Source: Eledone cirrhosa
Taxonomy: Eukaryota
Assembly: GCA_964016885.1 (NCBI GenBank)
Contig: OZ024743.1
Location: forward strand, 14,694,001-14,758,000
Reading direction: 5' to 3'
DNA: 64,000 nt
In this document: positions 13,340 to 29,092 of the stretch, piece after piece
Position numbering within the stretch: position 1 is the first letter of the stretch
How the letters are laid out: every line of letters starts with the position of its first letter
Notes under the pieces: generated by a model
The model's database searches: none
Seen by the model: the letters and a program-made list of their open reading frames with translations, nothing else
Told to the model about the DNA's origin: nothing
Position numbers and translations under genes: made by a program

Positions 13340-13384
13340 AACGGTGCTGATGATAGCTAACAAGCTTGAAACTAGTACATCGTT
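13340..13384 (+). ncRNA. Minimal type I hammerhead ribozyme
   Basis: AACGGUG CUGAUGA UAGCU-aaca-AGCUU GAAA CUAG UA CAUCGUU; palindromic helix III ACUAGU; cut after 13377. Confidence 0.88.
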
Positions 13385-13619
13385 CCTGTGTCAGTGTTGA
13401 ACAAAAAGGTGACGTGGTTGCCTTAACACCGTATGGCATAAATTCAGGCTGTTCAGTTTGTTTACAAACGAACAAAGCGACGTTAGCGCCGCTAAACTGA
13501 TACGTGCATATATGTATGTGTACCTGTATGCATATGTATGTATATATGTATATATATATATGTGCATGCTACTGTACGTCTGTATACATATATGTATGTA
13601 CGTATACATGCATACTTAC

Positions 13620-13742
<123 letters not shown>

Positions 13743-13768
13743 TATACATATATATATATATAAATATA

Positions 13769-13806
<38 letters not shown>

Positions 13807-13989
13807 TATATATATATACTCACACACTATCAGGCTAAAATTTCTATAGTCAAAAGTACGATGAAAGCTTCGATCTCTAATTTCAAACTTGCTCAATGTT
13901 TCAAAACAAACATACTTACTTGTCATATATATATATATATATATATATGCATGTGTGTGTGTGTGTGTGCATGCGTGTGCGTGCGTGTA

Positions 13990-14040
<51 letters not shown>

Positions 14041-14238
14041 CGAAGGAAATGTGGTAAGGAACCAGGTGGACCATAACGCACCAAAGTACTCAATACTCAG
14101 GGTAATAGAGGTAATAGAGTGGGTAATAGGAACGAGTAGGACCCCGACAGCTGGGCTCAAGCCGTTTCGACGGCTAATTCTGCATTAGAATTAGCCGTCG
14201 AAACGGCTTGAGCTCAGCCGCCGGAGTCCTACTCGTTC

Positions 14239-14301
<63 letters not shown>

Positions 14302-14502
14302 AACAAGTAAGACCCCTCAAGCCGTTTCGACGGCTAATTCTGTACTGAAATTCAGTACAGAATTAGCCGTCGAAACGGCTTGAGCTCAGCCGTCGGGGTC
14401 TTACCCACTCTACTACCCTAAGTATTTAGTACTTTGGTGCGTTATGGTCCAACTGGTTCCTTACCAGATTTCCTTCGTTATATATATATATATATATATA
14501 TC

Positions 14503-14543
<41 letters not shown>

Positions 14544-14567
14544 ATGTGTGTGTATATATATATATAG

Positions 14568-14622
<55 letters not shown>

Positions 14623-14644
14623 CGTGTGTATATATATATATGTG

Positions 14645-15366
14645 TGTGTGCGTGTCAAATTACGTTTATTAAAAAATAAGCCTTCGTGAGTCCATTTTTT
14701 TAAGTAAAAAGAAATTCAAACACACACGCCACACACACACCCACGTACACAAATAAGCATACATATCTTTACTTTCTTTATTCAATAGAAAATCTGAATT
14801 CTGACACCCAGCCAACTAACCATATTCACTGAACCAGAACAATTCTCCCATTTCTCTTGACCATTATCTTTTGCTTGTCATGAATTCTCTGAAAAGGCTA
14901 CAGAATTGATTTCCAAATAAGGGCGCGAAAATTTACTGAAAACTTGTTCACGTGACAACCATAATTTCATTTAAAACCAATCAAATTACGTTAATTAAAA
15001 AATGCCTTCGTGAGCCCCTTTTTTAAGTAAAAAGAGATTCAAACACTCATATATAAAAAAAACAACCTGTGCACCCCCCCTCCACCACCCCTTGTTTGAA
15101 TAATTTTGTAACGCGAACTGGCGCGAAATTTATTATAATTATTGACCAACCAATCAAATTACTTCTCGAAAAACCTGACATTTCGAGCCACTTTCTTCCC
15201 TATAAAACAAATAACATTCAGAGACCAACCAGATTTGAGAAAAACCACAGACCCTCCATCTCAACTCTACTTCTGAAAACTAGAAGAACTGCGAAACCGG
15301 TAAATTGACCAAATAAATATATATATTTTTTTTAAAAGAAGACTCTAGTTGCATTTTCGATTTCAT

Positions 15367-15370
<4 letters not shown>
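14645..15370 (+). repeat. Repeat related to the PLE terminal region at 20.8, 32 and 35.5 kb, with an internal direct repeat; partial inverted copy at about 17095-17300
   Basis: About 14656-14722 recurs at about 14981-15045. Shared motifs GGCGCGAAA, ACCAATCAAA and AACCGGTAAA. About 15240-15370 is inverted at 17095-17225. Confidence 0.65.
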
Positions 15371-15416
<46 letters not shown>

Positions 15417-17536
15417 GACGTTTCTTGGATCCCGGAAGTGATATCAATCTTATGTTTCACTACCGGAACAAAGATTAATCACTGAATACTGATCTCATAA
15501 ATAAAAATTATTTGGTATTGAACGACATTAAAATTCTGCGAGCAGCAACGATGATAATGTTTATTACGGAGCTGGACATCTGTTTGCTTTCGCAAATTTA
15601 ATGCTGACATGTGATGATAATTCTAAACGAAATAAAAACAGATAAATGAAATTAATTAAAAGAATTAGTTTATGGAGTAAATGTTCAACGTCAAAATGTA
15701 AGGTTACTATTTTGTAAATTTCTTTCGACTCGTAATATACTCGATATGCAATTTTATATTTGGGGATACATTTTAATCAGCCTATGAGTTTTTTATGTTA
15801 ATTTGCGTTCATTTAATAAATCTTTCAATGTCTAACATCATTAATTTCTGATTTTGTTTATCAGGCAAGTGTTTATTATGTCATGCATATATTTTGTGAC
15901 ATGCTCAAATGCTACTTGGGTGATTTATTTATATCAGCCAATATGGTCAAAAGTTGCCTCTTTAATTCATGACAAATATTTGTGTTTAATTGCATATGAA
16001 ATGAAAATCATCATACCCTTCACAATAAATGTTTGAATTATACTAAATATGAAATAAATGCTAATCTGAAAGGTGTCATTGAGTAATCATGTTAGCTAGA
16101 TACCAAAAAAATATTGAAAACAATGCGAAACAATTTGCCCATTGTCTGTTTCATTGTTTTAAATTTTTTTATTTCTATCTGATCTAAATATAGCACGAAA
16201 GCTATCAATAGATCTTCATACGAACATCAGGACACAACATTCTAATCTAATGCAAATGAGATTGTTGCTATTATATAATTATGGAAGTTACGATAATGAA
16301 TCTATCAGTAGATCTTTATACAAGTTTCCGACCACAAAGTTTCAATGCAAATGAGAATAGTTTAGGTGCTTGATCACGTTAGTTGTAACAGATATTTATA
16401 TGATAACCTATACATTTTGACGGGCTGCTATAAACAGTATTATCGTAACTTCAAGCTTATCGTTTACTAAATAATTTTTATAATTCCTTTAATTTAAATT
16501 ATAATATCTCACGTCGCGCTGCTTTTCCTCCGAATATATAGATTGTCTTTACTCAACTATAGCAATTTGCTTCAGATTCGACTGCAATGTCATTTCATTA
16601 TCATTCAAGAAGCGAGGGAGTGAAGGCTGTGACTATCGTCTAGATGTTGGAAACAGTAAATATTAAGGTATGTTTGCCAATCACTGAATGTATTATTTTC
16701 AGTGATTAACACACATATCAATTATTCGCCCGCTATTCCTTTAAAAGTAAATGATGGTACCAGCAGTTACACTCGGTATAATTGTCCCAATTTGTTTGGA
16801 ACATTAGTTGCCAACAGACCTGAACGAACAGATCTATAGAGACCGTAGTATATGAGTTAACTGCCCTACATTATAATTGTTAACTTCAAGAAAAAGCAAC
16901 TACGTTTATAAAAATACAACACGAATTACAAATTGCCTGGAAATAGACGAGGTAACACACACACTCATAGATCTTTTAGATTACGTTATATCGTCATGCT
17001 CATATAAATCACGTGTCGCGTGGCAGTATGCACAGTGTATCAACACTAAATATAAATGAACTATATGTATGGCATATATATATATAAAGAAAAAAAGATG
17101 AAATCGAAAATGCAACTGCATGCTTATTTAAAAAAATATATATATATTTATTTGGTTCCTTTACCGGTTTCGCAGTTCTTCTGCTTTTCAAAAGTAGAGT
17201 TGAGATGGAGGGTCTGTGGTTTTTCAGTAAAGGAACCAAATCAATATATATATTTTTTTTAAAAATAAGACTCCAGTTGCATTTTCGATTTCATCTCTTT
17301 TTCTTTATACTTTCACTCGTGTAGGACACCTCTGTTATTTTTCAATTTGTAAAAAAAACCTCACTTTCTAATATATATATATATATGAACGAGTAGGACC
17401 CCGGCGGCTGAGCTCAAGCCGTTTCGACGGCTAATTCCGTCGGGGTCCTGCTTGTTCCTATTACCCATTCTACTACCCTAAGCATTGAGTACTTTGGTGC
17501 GTTATGGTCCATCTGGTTCCTTACCACATTTCCTTC

Positions 17537-17616
<80 letters not shown>

Positions 17617-17618
<2 letters not shown>

Positions 17619-17918
17619 AAAAGATAACAAGGACGATTGGTTACTCCTTCATTACATTTATTGGTTGGTGACGCGCGTTTCGCCACTGATCAGCTCAAGT
17701 TCTGACGGTATCGATCTTACCCGACTCTGTAATCTGCAGCTCGACGGACCCCTTAAAATATTAAACGCGCGTCACCAACCAATAAATGTAATGAAGGAGT
17801 AACCAATCATCCTTTTTATCTTTTCAATATAATACACTCTGCATAGCTATACACCTCGACACAGAAGTGAACCTAAACATCCGGGTGAACCTACAGTAAC
17901 TCCAAGTTACACTCCCTA
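17617..17918. repeat. (TA)n-flanked snap-back element, family F3; second copy at about 46605-46856
   Basis: About 17617-17679 is inverted versus 17763-17826. Carries GAAACGCGCGUC (HHR-like 3' half with palindromic helix III), but no 5' half was found. Confidence 0.7.
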
Positions 17919-17932
17919 GATATATATATACA

Positions 17933-17969
<37 letters not shown>

Positions 17970-18159
17970 CGAAGGAAATGTGGTAAGGAACCAGGTGGAC
18001 CATAACGCACCAAAGTACTCAATACTTAGGGTAGTAGAGTGGGTAATAGGAACAAGTAAGACACCGACGGCTGAGCTCAAGCCGTTTCGACGGCTAATTC
18101 TGGACTCCAGAATTAGCCGTCCAAACGGCTTGAGCTCAGCCGTCGGGGTCTTACTTGTT

Positions 18160-18198
<39 letters not shown>

Positions 18199-18596
18199 GT
18201 ACCTGTGTGTATGTGTATATGAGTGTGTAAATGAGGAAAATATTTTCCGTTAATTCAAATATGTGAAGATACTACCGCTTTGTGTCATATTAGATTCAAT
18301 CTGTTGTATTAAAGAATGGAAAATCATGTGTCTGATTTTGTATGTACAGGCCAGCCAAAACGGAAGCCACACCCCATGACCATTCTAATTATTCCACCAA
18401 ATCTGTTCTCACACTTGCAATGAATATTGCGAACACTTCTTATACAAGCATGCAAAAACACATACACTTAGACACACATACATAAACACATATCCATATA
18501 TATGTGTGTGTGTATGTGTGTGTCTATATGCATATATGTGTATATAATATAACACACTCGTACGCGCACAAACACAACCACATGCACACACACATA

Positions 18597-18671
<75 letters not shown>

Positions 18672-19499
18672 ATACAAATTTTACCAGAGGATGACATTTA
18701 CTATGTGGGTGGGTATGAAGCTATGTACGATTGAAAACTATACAACAAACAAAGAAATTGTCCTTTTGTTGATTTAATGTTGATTTAATTTAATGTCATG
18801 GAGTTGAAATCTAGAGAACATCTTTGATTTTGAGGAAATGTTTTGATGTGCTTTCCGGTTTCTCTCAACGGCGTCAACACAGTCTACAATATCACTGTGA
18901 ATTACATCAGTCCAGGGAAAATATCATGTGATATTTTGTATATTTATTTCTTTATTATTATTTTTTTTTGTGTGATAGTGTCTTTTGTTTGCATATTTGT
19001 TTCAGCTGATATTTTTCTTCTTTTTTCTGTTAACATTAGAAGTAAACAGAAGTTGAAATGATTTTCTTTTGAAAGGCTTTTTTGGCATTGACAGATATAG
19101 TTTACGTGATTGTCAGTTGAGGTATCTGTAATTGATTTTATTGTTTAACACCGATGTAGCCCTCATCGCCTAGATTTATATTCAAAATCAACGAATGAAA
19201 GTCAAAAGAAAGTATATTTGAAATATAAATATCCTGTATATTTCAGTAGGAGATTTTAAAAACATTTCAGTATGAATTTTAAAAACAGAATATAGACGAT
19301 CGTTCTGCTTATATTTTATCAGATAAATCTAGAGTACACTTTCACCCTGGCTATAGACCTTCGAAGACATCTTTTGCTCCAGTGATGTTTTGAGATTATT
19401 GGCCATGTTCTGTACCATATACGTAGGTAATGAACTAAAGTATATACATTTGAAATTGTATGGAAAATATGAATTTATTTATCTACCTATATATCTCTC

Positions 19500-20331
<832 letters not shown>

Positions 20332-20526
20332 AAAAGAGTCAGCAACCCAAAAGCTGAGCTCCGGCCCTTTCGACAGCTAGAGTCGAACTGTATATGAATA
20401 TATATATATATATATATATATTTACATATATATATAAAAATATATATGTGTGTGTGTGTGTGTCTGCGTGTGTGGGTGGGTGTGTTTGTGGGTGTGTGGG
20501 TGGGTGCGTGGGTGTATATATATATA

Positions 20527-20602
<76 letters not shown>

Positions 20603-20604
<2 letters not shown>

Positions 20605-21167
20605 TGACCATCCCTCTACCACGAATTACTCTGCTACACACACACACACACACACACACTCTTGTCTTAATAGGCATTTGAACTGTCAACAGGCTGCGGT
20701 TCGCACACTCATCCCTGCTGACCATTATCACAACAACGAACACCTTACTACTACTACACACACACACACATATTTGTTGTGAAATAGTCATTTCTCAGTC
20801 AGCGACACAAACCTACATTTGGCGCAAAATCAATTTTTTACATTCACCTGACTTCTACCGACCAATCAAAATTGTTTTGACCACAAGAATTTTTGCAACA
20901 CGAATTGGCGCAAAACTTATTTTAATACCGCTGGAGCCACTTTTTTAACATAAAAACAGGTAGAATTCCCAAAACTAATCTGATCAGAGCAAACATCACG
21001 GACGCTCTATCTCAAAATTATTTTTGAAAAGCATTAGCAATGCGCAACCGGTAAAACTTAAAACCAAAACTGAATATTAACCAATACAATTACTAATTCT
21101 CACTTATTCCTAATTAAAATATTTTTCACTGTGAACAATTTGTCAGCATTTTCTATTCCGTTTACCA

Positions 21168-21170
<3 letters not shown>
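20603..21170 (+). repeat. 3'-terminal fragment of the PLE family seen at 31.5-36.1 kb
   Basis: Matches the reverse complement of about 31730-32420 and the plus strand of 35390-35765. Confidence 0.8.
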
Positions 21171-21238
<68 letters not shown>

Positions 21239-23109
21239 TTTGTATATATGTATAATAGCGTCCGTATTTTTATGAAGTGACATTTATTCTTTGTTGGTTT
21301 GATATTGAGGATTACATATAATCAATGAGTGAATGAGATAATACTAAACACCTACAATTTATGAAATAATAGTTAACACAATTAAATAAAAATCATTAAG
21401 GACTTCAATTATAGTATATGTGGTATTTGGGGGGAAAATATGAACGCAATGATGCTAAATAACGAAGTAATATTTATCTAAGCTTCATTAGACTCCACGG
21501 AGTATGACAAATGATGATCAATTTGAGAGAAGATTATATCGAATATTACTCTAATTACTCATTAACAATATATTGTGTAATGTATTTCCAGATACGCATT
21601 GCTTAATCGTGTTACTTGCTGGATATGTCTATCTGTCAACCATCCTCTTTACGATAGTTTACTGTTCTAATGTAAGTTAGGAAAAGAGTTTTCCTTGTGA
21701 GACATGACGTTACATTTTCTGCGATCCGTGTAGAGTATTTAGTAAAATATATTCATATTAATGAAATTTATGAATGATTGGGGAAAATTGTTAGCCCTTT
21801 TAATGGCTGAATGTAACGGGGGGGGGGGGGGGAGGTTTCCTAAATTGATGGTTAACTGGCGAATGGAATCATTCTATATATACGTCGTTATGAAATTATA
21901 GACCAATATCCTATTAACGTTGTATAATCTTAACCTCTCTACTTATTTCCCCGCATACCTCCCTTTATCTTACTCTCTTTAAATCTGTTTCTGTTTCGAA
22001 TATTTGTCACATCAGTCTCTAACCATCATTTTCCTTCAGTTTTCTTTCATCTCTCTTTCTCTCTTCTAATCTGGTCATGAAATCCATATTCTATTACACA
22101 TCATCAACAATATTACCATCTCCATTTCGCCTTTTCTCTCCTCCTTCTCTCCCTATCTCTCTCGGTACAACAGTGGAAAAGTGGAAAAGTGGAACAGACG
22201 ATCTGTTAGTAAAGTCGGTAGAATATGAAAATTGGGAGAGAAACAATCAACAAGAGATTGAGTGTTTGAGGAGGAGAGAGGGTGGTTTATAAAAAATATA
22301 TGTATGCACATACAGATACACGTTGCATAGAATTATAATAAATGCGGAATATAACACACTAAATACGTAATTTCTGTGTTGCAATTTTAAAGCATGTGAT
22401 AGTCGAGGAATTTTTATTTGAATTGGAATATATTTTTTTGGTTCGTTTGTATTAATTGTATCTGTGAAACGTAAATCCTGTAGATTTGTCGAGCTTCTGT
22501 AACATTATCCACAACATTACAAATTGACTTTTACAGGTGAAATTAAATATTGGTATCTTTTTATATATGTTTTCATAATGTATATCTATCTAAATAGTTA
22601 TTGCTCACGAAATAGTGAAACTGAATTTGACAAAAGTTGAAGATGCTACGTAATACTATGATTAGCAACTTTCAATAGATATCAATTGTTTGTCTTTTCT
22701 TTCGTCTAAAAATGAAGAGATTCAGTATAAGAACCCATATGTCCATACCTATGTAGAGGTAAAACCATATTGTTAGTAAAATAGTAGATTAGTGTCATAT
22801 TCATATAGTGATTTACTTAACATCTTACTACAACAAAAACTAATATCGAAAATTATAATCCGTATGTCATAGCATATCACTCCCGCAGAAAAACATAATT
22901 TGACATATTTATTCTTCTTTCAGAATTAAGATTTGGCCTATTAACCCTTCGTGGGACAGCAATGTTAGGTGGATTTCCGGACTATGCATAAAGCATAAAT
23001 GATAAGGCCGAGATGCTTAAATTACTAAATTCTATTTACTAAATGTGTTTTTGAAATGTTGATATATTTAACATGAATGAAATCGATAAATAGACATACA
23101 TAATATCTA

Positions 23110-23655
23110 TAAATGCTTGTTTCTATATTTTTTGTATTTTTTGTTCTTATTGATTTATTTAGTTTTTCCTGCTTCTAAACTAATTCCCGCATCTGTGTGT
23201 ACATTTTTGAGTGCATATATATCTATGTATATGTATGTGTATGTATTTATGTTCCTGTCCATATTTCTATGTAGACGCAAATACGCTTATGTGAGAAAGT
23301 ATACGTCTACGTACTATTGGGTATATGCGCGTAGTTGAGTGTGTATATTTATGTTCTGGATATGTATTTATACTTTTATATATATATATTTTTTATGTTT
23401 TTCCCCTATTTCCTTTTCAACCGTTTTTCCAACCTCACTTTCATATTTCCTAAATTTTGTTTGCAAATCCATATTTAATAAAAACACCATGTTTCTTATT
23501 CATTCTGACGACTGAAGACAGGCACAACATCTGCCTTTAAGAAACCACTGGTAAATGAAATCGTTATCTTATGTTGTTTATTACATAACTAATAAGCTCT
23601 GAAGCCTACATAGATCACTCTTTTTTCCTGTACTTTTTTCCTGTACTTCATTTAT
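23110..23655 (+). mobile_element. HHR-bearing element, family F4 (also at 52.0-52.9 kb)
   Basis: High similarity to 52410-52872; ends in (TA)n. Confidence 0.8.
23499..23559 (+). ncRNA. Type I hammerhead ribozyme
   Basis: UUCAUU CUGACGA [stem II] GAAA CCACUGG UA AAUGAA. Confidence 0.82.
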
Positions 23656-23987
23656 ATATATATATATATATGTCTAAACTTTAAAGTATGTCTCAAGCCC
23701 GGAGGGTCATCAGGCCGATGCTTATCCCGATTTCTCTTGCGTTAAGTGACCTTCCTTCGTTATATATATATATATATATATATATGAAAAGGGTTATGAC
23801 CCCGCCGGCTGAGCTCCGGCCATTTAGACAGCTAGATCCGAAATAAACCAGTTGCATCTAGCTGTCGGAAAGGCCGGAGCTCAGTCGTCGGGGCCCTGAT
23901 CCTTTTCCTATTAACCACTCAACAAACCCAAGTATCGAGTACTCTAGTGCGTTATGATGCTCCACCTGCTGTCTTATCACACTTTCA

Positions 23988-24020
<33 letters not shown>

Positions 24021-24021
24021 A

Positions 24022-24184
24022 TGAAAGTGTGACGTGGACTCATCGTTGCGGAACATCTAGATCGTACCTAGATAGGGTTCTACTTAGAAAGAAGGATAGG
24101 GACATGTTAAGATGTCGACACATGTTCATGGTTGCCTATTCAGATCACAAATTAGTGACCTGCTTAGTCATAATACGGCGATAG
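24022..24184 (+). pseudogene. Small L1/Tx1 APE endonuclease fragment
   Basis: TWTHRCGTSRSYLDRVLL...AYSDHKLV parallels WTWTNRIGSSRSYLDRVF...YTDHKFV in the LINE at 6.5 kb. Confidence 0.75.
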
Positions 24185-24249
24185 CTTACATTTCTAATAA
24201 TTTCAAACCCACCCGCTGTTTCGAAAAAATTCTTATATATATATATATA

Positions 24250-24463
24250 AGAATTAATATACACTTTAGAAATTAATATATAAACTATTTTTAATTCAGT
24301 TAACCTATAATTAATATTCTACTACTGATGAACTACATAATTCTACTTTAAATATTATAAACTTAATTAATATACACTTTAGAAATTAATATATAAACTA
24401 TTTTTAATTTAGTTAACCCATAATTAATATTCTACTACTGATGAACTACATAATTTTGCTTTT
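24250..24463 (+). repeat. About 115-bp AT-rich tandem duplication
   Basis: AATTAATATACACTTTAGAAATT...CTGATGAACTACATAATT occurs twice. Confidence 0.8.
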
Positions 24464-24671
24464 CTTCTTACAACTATCATTTCCTAAAACTGATACCATT
24501 AAGTAAACATATATAATGCTTTAACTTCAGGTTATGACTCTATGTTCCTTGAGAACTATATATATTTATTATTTCTCACTAATAAATTTAATCCCCCCCC
24601 CCCAATAATTATATGTATATGTAAGTGTGTATGTGTGTATATATATATATGTATGTATATATATATGCATG

Positions 24672-24768
<97 letters not shown>

Positions 24769-24775
24769 GCGTATA

Positions 24776-24847
<72 letters not shown>

Positions 24848-26432
24848 TATATATATATATATATTATTTTTATATTCCTTTAATTTCCCCTCATCTTTAA
24901 CAGCACTTTTCAACTGCATCTAACTCTTATTTATCATATCTATATGTATTAGTATAATTTTATCAATATAAATATACCCATCAATTAAATTAATTTATAT
25001 TCTTTTCATAGATGTATTTTTTTCACTAACATTCTTATCGTAAAACTTTAGTCACCTTAGATATGTGTATTGGCATTACTATTTTATAACAACAACTGCT
25101 TGTCTACCTTTTACTCACCACCTGACCTATTTTCACCCCTAAAATAAGCTTCAATTACTACTATTTTACCATTTGGCCAATTATTAACTTCCTATTGGTT
25201 AATTCTAAACCTCTTACCAAACAGACAGAATATATTAGATCTTTATTGGTTTTATTCAATGAACAAACAAAATTATTTCTGAGTTCAGCATAAGACCTAT
25301 TTCTTCCCTAAAATAATCCTTTATTCATAAATATTCTTTTCCATCCAAAACTGAAATCTACCTTCCTCTACCCATAACTTAAGGTTCTTCTACTACTATA
25401 TTACTATCTTGACCCTCACTATCTCGCTATTGGTCAATTCAAAACCTGTTCCCAAACAGACCTATTTTATTGAATCTTTGTTTTTTTTCAATAAACAAAT
25501 ATCATTATTTCTGAAGACAGCATATATATGTGTAGGTATGTATATTCCCTCTGATAGTTTGTATAAATATTGTACATAGATCTATAGAATTTGCATACCA
25601 ACTCTAACACATATATATCCTAGAAACGATCGTAAAATGATGATTTTTTTAAATATAAGGAACGTTATATACGTTTTTATGTGTGTATATTTATATACGT
25701 TTATATAATTATATGTATACGCCCGCACACACACACATGGATATATATATGTTGTGTTTTTCGTTTTGTTTTTTATATGTTTTATGTGTATTTGGTTTAT
25801 ACGTTCGTATGTGTGCGGGTACAGGCGTTGCGCGGGTTTTGTATCTGTGAGCGTGTTTTTGTCTACGTGCCTGTATTTGCATACCATGGCGGGTGATTTC
25901 GCGTATGCATGTGTATGTACGTATATGGATGCAGGCATGCATTTATTTAATTATTGTTGATTTCAATAATCTCTGTAATTCATTTACATTATTCTTTACT
26001 GTGAAGCCGAGAATCGTTCGGTTTCCTAAATAGAATTTTAGTCTACAACTTCAGTTATACCATAAACGTGGTTTTGTCTTTGCGTGTAATTGTTCCCACC
26101 GCTCCACATAATGGCGTATTATCTTCGTTTTTTTTCGTTCATTGCCAGGGAACGTCTACACGAACCACCTAATAGGATATGAGTCTACGACTTATTTATA
26201 CCATAAACGTGGTTTTGTCCTTTCGTGTAATTGTTTTCACCGCTCCAAATAGTTGTTTCTACTTTTGGCACAATGCCAGCAATTACCCAGTGTATCATCG
26301 ATCCAAATAATGACGTATTATTTTCGTTTTTTTTTCGTTCTTTGCCAGGGAACGTTTCGACGAACCAAAGTATGGTCTTCCAGTCTTCCTTCGGTTACAA
26401 CGTTTTTCGAAATATTTACTTCTGCGTTCACA

Positions 26433-26780
<348 letters not shown>

Positions 26781-26782
26781 CA

Positions 26783-27337
26783 TATAACACCCTGCCGGAC
26801 TATAATCTTATATAAATAAGACACACATGCATGCCCCACGTGTAACTATTGCATACACTAACTGCTTCTAACTATCATCTTGCATTTTCTTCGTAAACTG
26901 CCAATGTTGTATTTTAACTTCAATTTTGTTTTCATTTAATATGACTTTAATCTTTGAATGTAAATTGCCATGATTAAATATTATAATGGATGTCAACCCA
27001 CTGTGCATCGATATATACATATGTTTCTGTATGTCTCTTGTGTTGGAAAGGAGGTCAAGTATGTAAACAATCATTGAACAATTGCTCCGAAGACTCCAAA
27101 CCTCGGTTTGGAAGAAACAATTGTAAGCGAATAAATGGTTTAAACAGAACTTTGATTCATGTAATTTCTATATAACTGCTCTGTAAAACAACTGATGTTA
27201 TTACATTGAGCTATTTATCTTACTGGTAATAAGGTAGTAATAAATTACTGTCTTTCACTATTTAGGGTTTAAAAAATATATATAACTATAAAAGGTTTTA
27301 GTATATACATAACCATAAATAGTATCCTTAATACTAT
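26783..27337 (+). mobile_element. HHR-bearing element, family F5; rearranged second copy at 29886-30426
   Basis: 26783-27170 is inverted at 29886-30268, while 27170-27337 is direct at 30268-30426. Confidence 0.8.
27082..27130 (+). ncRNA. Type I hammerhead ribozyme, CCGAAGA core variant (mutated mirror copy at 29924-29972, minus)
   Basis: UUGCU CCGAAGA CUCCAAAC-cucg-GUUUGGAA GAAA CAAUUG UA AGCGA. Confidence 0.78.
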
Positions 27338-27408
27338 ATATATATATGTATATATATAGTATAAAAGAGAAAACACAGGTAAGCATTAAGAAAAGGATTT
27401 CATGCGGG

Positions 27409-27509
27409 TATTTACGACCGTTTCATTGGTAAGTGCAACCTTATATTGCTACACTGCATATAGCAGCCACTCAATGATTATTGTTGTTCACGTCCAAATT
27501 TTCAAAATA
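27409..27509 (-). ncRNA. Candidate type I hammerhead, U3-A8 core variant, 3' of the GIY-YIG ORF
   Basis: UAUU UUGAAAA UUUGG..CCAAU GAAA CGGUCG UA AAUA. Stem I is only 4 AU pairs. Confidence 0.5.
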
Positions 27510-28046
27510 GTGAGTAAGTTGCTCTTAAAAAAGTTCTTGATATATAGAGAAAAACATTTTTTTGAAATTGTATTTACTAGTATAGAGAGAGAGGAAGAGG
27601 AATTAGAAAGTCGAGGGACAAACGGAATAGTATAGAGAGAGAGAGGAAGGGGAGAAGAGTTAGGAAGTAGTGACAAACTGAGATGGAGGGAGGGGTAGAG
27701 GTGGAAGGATTCCTTGTTCAGTTTTGATACGTAGACTTCATGTCTTCGATATAGAGTGTAGTGAGTTAAAGAGAATTAAATTGTTTATAGTGGGAGGTAT
27801 GGAGAGAGACAGCGGGGAGATATAGAGAGATAAATATATATATAAAAAATAAAAATAAAAATAAAGAAGGGGGAGAAAGAAGAAAAGAACAGATAGCCAA
27901 AAAGAAGAAAACGAAAAGAAATAGAAAAGGAATGAAGGAGAAGGGAGGGATATAGGTATTGTTTTTTGTGGGTAATTAAAGGGGTTAGATGCAATAAGAG
28001 GGTAGAAAGTCTAAGTATATGCAGTTTGTCAGGTGGTAGTAAGAGG

Positions 28047-28540
28047 TTAAGGATTCGATTTACACTTGTAGTGCGAACACTTTTCTTTGAGTCTATGGTT
28101 ACAATAAATTGATCTTTCGATTTTATTGTTGAGTAACTTATTCTTCGAACTCAAAATGGGGAACAGCTCAAGGTCACATAATCGACAGCTTCTCATACCA
28201 CTCCGATATGGGGGCGCGTTCAATAATTTTTTCCACTTCAGGGTGTATTGATGGTTACTTTCCCTCAGTTGCCAGGTCTTGTTTGCGAGGGTAGTTACAT
28301 AACGATGTTGGGAATGTTTCACTGCGTAACGGTGTGTATACCAACGGGCTTTAAATGTATTCCCAGTCGCACCGATGTAATATCGTTTCTAATTGTCTGA
28401 TTCCACTGTGCATTGGTAAATCAGGTTAGACTGCAGTAGTGAGTAGCGGCATATTTTTGGGCTTCTAGTATGTGTAGTGGGGGGTGTATATAGCTCCATA
28501 GATTTTTTTAAAAAGTTCTTTTGAATACGGCATGGCTATG
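28047..28540 (-). pseudogene. PLE-type GIY-YIG endonuclease with preceding linker (two stops, one frameshift)
   Basis: Manual translation TIAMPYSKELFKKI..YTY*KPKNM then NLIYQCTVESDN*KRYYIGATGNTFKARWYTH..CRLCDLE..LLNNKIE...CNH. The C-terminal CxxC..E..LN..CxH pattern resembles Nematis-type PLE nucleases. Confidence 0.8.
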
Positions 28541-28732
28541 GTGGTGATGTGGGGGAAGAAAGCAGTGGTGGTGACGATGATGATGATGACAACTGTGGTG
28601 GAGGCTGTGAGAGTGGTGCGAGAAAAGCAGTGGTCCATTACTAGCAGTTGATGTGGCAGAACATGGTGACGGTGGTGATGGTGATAGCGATAATGATGGC
28701 TGAGTGAGTGGTTGAGGGATACTGTCATTCAG

Positions 28733-29092
28733 TTACTCAGCTATTATGCTTGAATTCAGTAGTGGTGGCGGTGATGGTGGCTCCTGATTTTCTGGCTGTT
28801 GTTGTTGTTCTTGCGTTTGTCCATTGGAGTAAATATGTCGAAGTTTTTCAAAATGGTTTTGAATTAGCTTGAAAGAGACTTCTACATGTTTTAGTTTGTT
28901 GTGTATCTGCTTAGCAGACCTCGTGGTAAATGTTTGAGCTGTTTTTTCAGCAATTTCATTCGGACATGACGCGTTAATGTTTATTGTTTGGGACAGAGGA
29001 AACCATGTGTTTATTAAGAGGTCAATTTCATTATCAGACCAATTTCGTCCGTTGTGGGCTTGCTGGTCAGTTGTCATATATTTTTTCCCCAT
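28733..29092 (-). CDS. Myb/SANT-like (trihelix-type) DNA-binding domain ORF, 119 aa
   Basis: RNWSDNEIDLLINTW...EIAEK....RSAKQIHNKLKHV..SFK fits the trihelix/MADF pattern; ATG start; Q/P-rich tail. Confidence 0.7.
   Translation of the reverse strand: MGKKYMTTDQQAHNGRNWSDNEIDLLINTWFPLSQTININASCPNEIAEKTAQTFTTRSAKQIHNKLKHVEVSFKLIQNHFEKLRHIYSNGQTQEQQQQPENQEPPSPPPLLNSSIIAE

Noticed and set aside
16576-16667. Possible exon (ttcag ... AAG/gtatgt)
   Set aside because: Stops in all three frames and no recognisable protein or partner exons.
24325-24445. CTGATGA motifs (also near 55950) as hammerheads
   Set aside because: No downstream stem II, GAAA, NUH or stem I pairing.
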